Below the pieces are notes generated by a model. It was not told where the DNA came from, did no database searches, and saw only the letters and a list, made by a program, of their open reading frames with translations. Made by a program: the position numbers and the translations under genes. From positions 206,958,001-207,022,000 of the forward strand of contig NC_086097.1 in NCBI RefSeq assembly GCF_963921235.1: a stretch of 64,000 bases of DNA. The letters are read 5' to 3'. Below are positions 63,726 through 64,000 of this stretch, in pieces. Numbering within the stretch: position 1 is the stretch's first letter; every line of letters begins with the position of its first letter. The DNA comes from Mobula hypostoma (Eukaryota).

Positions 63726-64000
63726 AGGGGAGAAGAAGATGGCAGCGTGACGCAGCGCACGCGACTGCTCCGAAATGATATCAGTATTTGTTAAGTAGAT
63801 ACCTTGCACAATCCTGATTTGATGGAGACAGACATGAGAAGCACAGAGGAACATCTGGAGAAACTTCTGAAATGCCTGCTTTGCTGCCGCTGCTACTGTG
63901 CGATCAAGAATCTCTGGAGGGGAAGGCCTCAAATCCTTGGCTTTGCCTATTGCCTGTTGCTGGGGCCAGGGTCAAAGTGCTTGGCAGAGATGGTGCTCGG
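63726..64000 (+). repeat. 5' end of an interspersed retroelement running off the window
   Basis: Abrupt start GGGGAGAAGAAGATGGCAGCG with CpG-rich sequence; family not assigned. Confidence 0.4.

Overview
Eukaryotic, transposon-saturated non-coding DNA. The repeat families (CR1 LINEs with ATGTTTCT/ATGGTCTT tails, Penelope pseudo-LTRs, V-SINE-like elements, Rex1/Babar-type LINEs) look like those of a cartilaginous fish, probably a ray; this is my recognition, not a database result. No intact host gene is evident. The window holds decayed Ty3/Gypsy elements of at least four families, including a chromovirus at 25130-33010. It also holds many CR1 and Rex-type LINE pieces, Penelope elements with minimal hammerhead-ribozyme motifs, Tc1 remnants, and Harbinger- and piggyBac-type MITEs, often nested. 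The most notable signal is a Gypsy copy (26241-29083) whose RT, RNase H and most of integrase are replaced by about 170 bp resembling the C-terminal coiled coil of the host adaptor SH3KBP1/CIN85. That piece appears intronless and is in the pol reading frame at both junctions. Other points of interest are a ~0.8 kb composite duplication 57 kb apart, a local inverted duplication, an inverted Penelope insertion, and two weak candidate host exons. Boundaries of old repeats are approximate.
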